From positions 19 through 64,018 of the forward strand of contig JAZODQ010000127.1 of assembly GCA_045597105.1 (NCBI GenBank): a DNA stretch of 64,000 nucleotides, given 5' to 3'. This stretch comes from Acetatifactor sp. Lineage in GTDB: Bacteria > Bacillota > Clostridia > Lachnospirales > Lachnospiraceae. Below the pieces are notes generated by a model that saw only the letters and a list, made by a program, of their open reading frames with translations, had not been told where the DNA came from and did no database searches. Made by a program: the position numbers and the translations under genes. Below are positions 61,444-64,000 of the stretch, in pieces (position 1 is the first letter of the stretch; every line of letters begins with the position of its first letter).

Positions 61444-63312
61444 CACTACTGTTATGGTCAACTTCCCTGCCACTGCACCATAATCCTTTACAGATACGGT
61501 AATAGTGGTGGTTCCGGCACCTACTGCCTTTAACACGCCTTTCTCAGACACGGTAGCCACACTCTTTGATGAGGAAGTCCAATTGTACTTAGCATTGTCA
61601 GTTACTGCCAGTTCGTTATCATTCTGCTTCACAGTCAATTGCAGACTTTCTCCTACCACTACTTCTGTTGTCTTTGCTCCAATTCCTAAAATATACTTAT
61701 ACAGTGTCTTATTGCAAAGTGCAGGTGTGATTTGTTTCACTGCATTCCCACCGGTATCCTTTAGTGTCAGAGGCAGATCAATTACCTGACCTGTTGCCAT
61801 GGTCCTGGGTGTATGTATCTCCTCCAAAGCATTACAATATGACAGTATGGATTCCATGTCTGTAACTTTCGAGATGTCAAAACTGCTCATATCCAAATAA
61901 CGCAGACTGCTACCACGGCAAAACATGTACTTCATATCCTTCACGTTAGAAGTGTCAAAATTACTCACATCCAAATAACACAGACTACTACTATGGTAAA
62001 ACATAGACCCCATATCTGTGACATTAGAAGTATTAAAATTACTCACATCCAGACTTACTAACTTATTAAGCCCACTAAACAGGGAACCCATATCTGTTAC
62101 CTTAGAAGTGTTAAAACCACTAACGTCAAGACTTTCCAGACTTTCGCAGTTCATAAACATGGAGCTCATATTTGTCACGTTACTCGTATCAAGCCCACTT
62201 ATATTTAAGCTGGTCAGACTCCTGCAATCCTGAAACATATTCTCCATATTCTTTACATTCCTGGTATCAAAATCGGAAAGGTCCAGATTTATCAAACCGC
62301 TACAATTGGAAAACATGTATCTCATAACCTTCACATTCTTGGTATCAAAACTACTGACATCCAAACCGGTTAAACCACGGCAGCCACCAAACATGAAACT
62401 CATATCTACTACGTTACCGGTATCAAAACTACTTACATCCAGACTCCTTAAACTGGTGCAAGCCTGAAACATACCTTCCATACTGGTCACATTTGATGTA
62501 TCAAAATCACTCAAATCCAGATCTGTTAAACCTATACATCCATCAAACATATACGTCATATTTTTTACTTTAGCAGTCTCAAAACTACTAACATTCAGAT
62601 TTGTCAGACCTTCACACCTACTAAACATGGAATTCATATCTACCACGTTACCGGTATCAAAACCGCTCACATCCAGATTTGTCAGACTATAACACCATTC
62701 AAACATGGAATTCATATATACTACGTTACTGGTATCAAAACCGCTCACATCCAAATTTGTTAGCTTATAACAATTTCTAAACATGTAACTCATACTCGTT
62801 ACGTTTGAGGTATCAAAACCACTCACATCCAGACCGGTCAACCTTCCACATCCATAAAAGATGAAGCTCATACTTGTTACGTTTGAGGTATCAAAACCGC
62901 TCACATCCAAACCGGTCAGACTGCTACAGTCACGAAACATGGAGTTCATACTCGTTATGTTTGTGGTATTAAAATTTTTCATTTCAATGGTTTTTAGTTT
63001 ACTAAGCCCCGCAAATAGCTTATACACACTTCCAATGGGCTTAAAGTCTTTCAGAATAATCCTTTCCACATCTGAACTTATCTCATAAATCAATCCATAA
63101 TCCTTTGACGTTTGGGTTTGTTCCAGCCCACTATCCTCACCGGTTATAGTCATCGTCCTGGTGCTCTCGTCATAGCTCCACTGCACCCCATTGTTAGTGC
63201 CCAGTGTACCTGTGCGTACCGTTCCCTCAGCAGACACATCCATCGCCGGAATGCAAAACAGCACTGCCAACACCATGATACATAATGCCAGATACTTTGT
63301 ACCCTTCTTCAT
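60028..63312 (-). CDS. BspA/DUF285-type LRR surface protein with Big_2 and five Ig-like repeats
   Basis: Sec signal peptide (VSA|E); 15 repeats of 26 aa LDVSxFDTSNVxxMxxMFxxC; WTSSSKSVATVS Big_2; five 93-aa YQWQ...YQYRCVI repeats. Confidence 0.9.
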   Translation of the reverse strand: MKKGTKYLALCIMVLAVLFCIPAMDVSAEGTVRTGTLGTNNGVQWSYDESTRTMTITGEDSGLEQTQTSKDYGLIYEISSDVERIILKDFKPIGSVYKLFAGLSKLKTIEMKNFNTTNITSMNSMFRDCSSLTGLDVSGFDTSNVTSMSFIFYGCGRLTGLDVSGFDTSNVTSMSYMFRNCYKLTNLDVSGFDTSNVVYMNSMFEWCYSLTNLDVSGFDTGNVVDMNSMFSRCEGLTNLNVSSFETAKVKNMTYMFDGCIGLTDLDLSDFDTSNVTSMEGMFQACTSLRSLDVSSFDTGNVVDMSFMFGGCRGLTGLDVSSFDTKNVKVMRYMFSNCSGLINLDLSDFDTRNVKNMENMFQDCRSLTSLNISGLDTSNVTNMSSMFMNCESLESLDVSGFNTSKVTDMGSLFSGLNKLVSLDVSNFNTSNVTDMGSMFYHSSSLCYLDVSNFDTSNVKDMKYMFCRGSSLRYLDMSSFDISKVTDMESILSYCNALEEIHTPRTMATGQVIDLPLTLKDTGGNAVKQITPALCNKTLYKYILGIGAKTTEVVVGESLQLTVKQNDNELAVTDNAKYNWTSSSKSVATVSEKGVLKAVGAGTTTITVSVKDYGAVAGKLTITVVPKVSIAKQPTSQTVTVGENAVFSVQATGSGLSYQWQVRTSSAGAWTNSGMTGANTNSITVQGTTARNGYQYRCVITDRGVNKVTSNGVALTVIPKLVITGQPKSQSVTEGDSAVFKVTATGSKISYQWQFRTSASGTWKNSGMTGAKTGSITVQGTSARNGYQYRCIVTDGTGKQVISNGATLTVISKLAITSQPKSQSVTEGDSAVFKVTATGSKLSYQWQFRKSATGEWTNSGMTGAKTNSITVQGTNARNGYQYRCVITEISGSKVTSNGATLTVTPKLAITGQPANQSVTEGDSAVFKVTATGNKLSYQWQFSKSATGAWTNSGMTGAKTSSITVQGTTARNGYQYRCVITDGTGKKVTSNAATLTVVPKLVIISQPMSRTVLEGFPAVFTVEAKGINLSYQWQVKSPIDNEWKDADIEGAGTNCIAVQGIKSRNGYQYRCVITDGNGKKITSSPATLNIQFFISIN
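61835..63005 (-). repeat. About 15 tandem 78-bp LRR coding repeats
   Basis: GGTATCAAAA recurs at 78-bp period; boundaries approximate. Confidence 0.88.
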
Positions 63313-63403
63313 AGATTGCTTCCTCCTTTGCGCTATCGCCGTTTATTTCAGCATTTGCCTGTAGATGCATTCTACGGCAATTTTCCCTTTACGACACCTC
63401 TTC

Positions 63404-63475
63404 ATTCTAACAAATATTCATTCGAAAAACAATTTAGAAACTATAACTATTCCACTTCTTACACAATTGTAAGAA
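63404..63475 (-). promoter_or_regulatory. Promoter of the BspA-like gene with upstream palindromic operator
   Basis: TTGTTT-N17-TAGAAT with TG extension; TTCTTACA-N4-TGTAAGAA at 63456-63475. Confidence 0.5.
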
Positions 63476-63514
63476 AAATCTCAATTCTCTTTAATCTTCC
63501 CTCTAATACAAGTT

Positions 63515-63550
63515 ATGGCGTGAGACTTTTTACAGTCTCACGCCATTTTT
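63515..63550. terminator. Strong hairpin downstream of the edge-truncated surface protein gene
   Basis: ATGGCGTGAGACT...AGTCTCACGCCAT 13-bp perfect stem. Confidence 0.65.
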
Positions 63551-63565
63551 ATATCTCCGCCTAAA

Positions 63566-64000
63566 TTATTGAACTGTCAGGGTCGCTCCATTACTGGTGA
63601 CCATGTTACCACTTCCGTCTGTGATCACACAGCGGTACTGATAACCGTTTCGGGCTGCTGTTCCCTGCACTGTAATGCTGTCAGTGGTTGCTCCTGTCAT
63701 ACCGGAGTTCTTCCATGTACCTGAAGCTGAGGTTCTGAACTGCCACTGGTAGCTTAACTTGCTTCCTGTTGCAGTTACCTTGAATACCGCGTTCGCTCCT
63801 TTTGTCACGTTCTGGCTTGCAGGCTGACTTATAATCTTTAACGCGGATGCTACTGTCAGAGTTGCGCCATTACTGGTGACTTTATTACCGTTTCCGTCTG
63901 TAATCACACAGCGGTACTGATAGCCGTTTCGGGCTGCTGTTCCCTGTACTGTGATGCTGTCAGTGGTTGCTCCTGCCATGCCGGAGTTCTTCCATGTACC
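63566..64000 (-). CDS. 3' end of a surface protein with the same Ig-like repeats (truncated by edge)
   Basis: Frame open to 64000; GTWKNSGM...RNGYQYRCVITDG repeats closely match 60028-61443. Confidence 0.88.
   Translation of the reverse strand, partial: GTWKNSGMAGATTDSITVQGTAARNGYQYRCVITDGNGNKVTSNGATLTVASALKIISQPASQNVTKGANAVFKVTATGSKLSYQWQFRTSASGTWKNSGMTGATTDSITVQGTAARNGYQYRCVITDGSGNMVTSNGATLTVQ

Noticed and set aside
63313-63400. Possible c-di-GMP or c-di-AMP riboswitch in the BspA leader (hairpin 63355-63380)
   Set aside because: Only one hairpin; conserved riboswitch motifs are not present.
60028-64000. Diversity-generating retroelement TR/VR pair or CRISPR array
   Set aside because: Repeats are in-frame protein repeats, I saw no adenine-specific mismatch pattern, and there is no reverse transcriptase or cas gene in the window.
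1-64000. tRNA, rRNA, IS, integrase or prophage genes
   Set aside because: None recognised in the ORFs or intergenic regions.

Overview
Chromosomal window from a Lachnospiraceae-like (Clostridia) spore former; almost every gene is on the minus strand. From the left it carries: a reduced dcw cluster (mraZ-rsmH-ftsL-ftsI-spoVD-ftsW-murA-ftsQ-ftsZ, with ftsZ cut by the edge); lgt and ychF; two flavoproteins; the murE-priA-def-fmt-yugP-rsmB-rlmN-stp-pknB-rsgA cluster; a small AT-rich accessory islet; pfkB-recJ-secDF; the SCIFF ranthipeptide locus (scfA, missed by the ORF track, and scfB); a HlyC/CorC gene; an intracellular xylo-oligosaccharide trio (GH8 Rex, GH115, GH43); a full Pho locus; a spore amidase; a heterodimeric ABC exporter; a thioesterase and a PPTase; hisS-aspS; and two tandem surface proteins sharing Ig-like repeats. 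The most notable unannotated signals are (1) a ~72-nt candidate sRNA at 27730-27801 (GNRA hairpin, exposed C7 anti-SD tract, intrinsic terminator) behind a CiaR/OmpR-type direct-repeat promoter, (2) a 168-nt rod/cruciform element beside aspS (6S-like RNA or palindromic mobile element), and (3) an internally deleted NADAR-like gene remnant in the islet. All calls come from reading the sequence; no searches were run.
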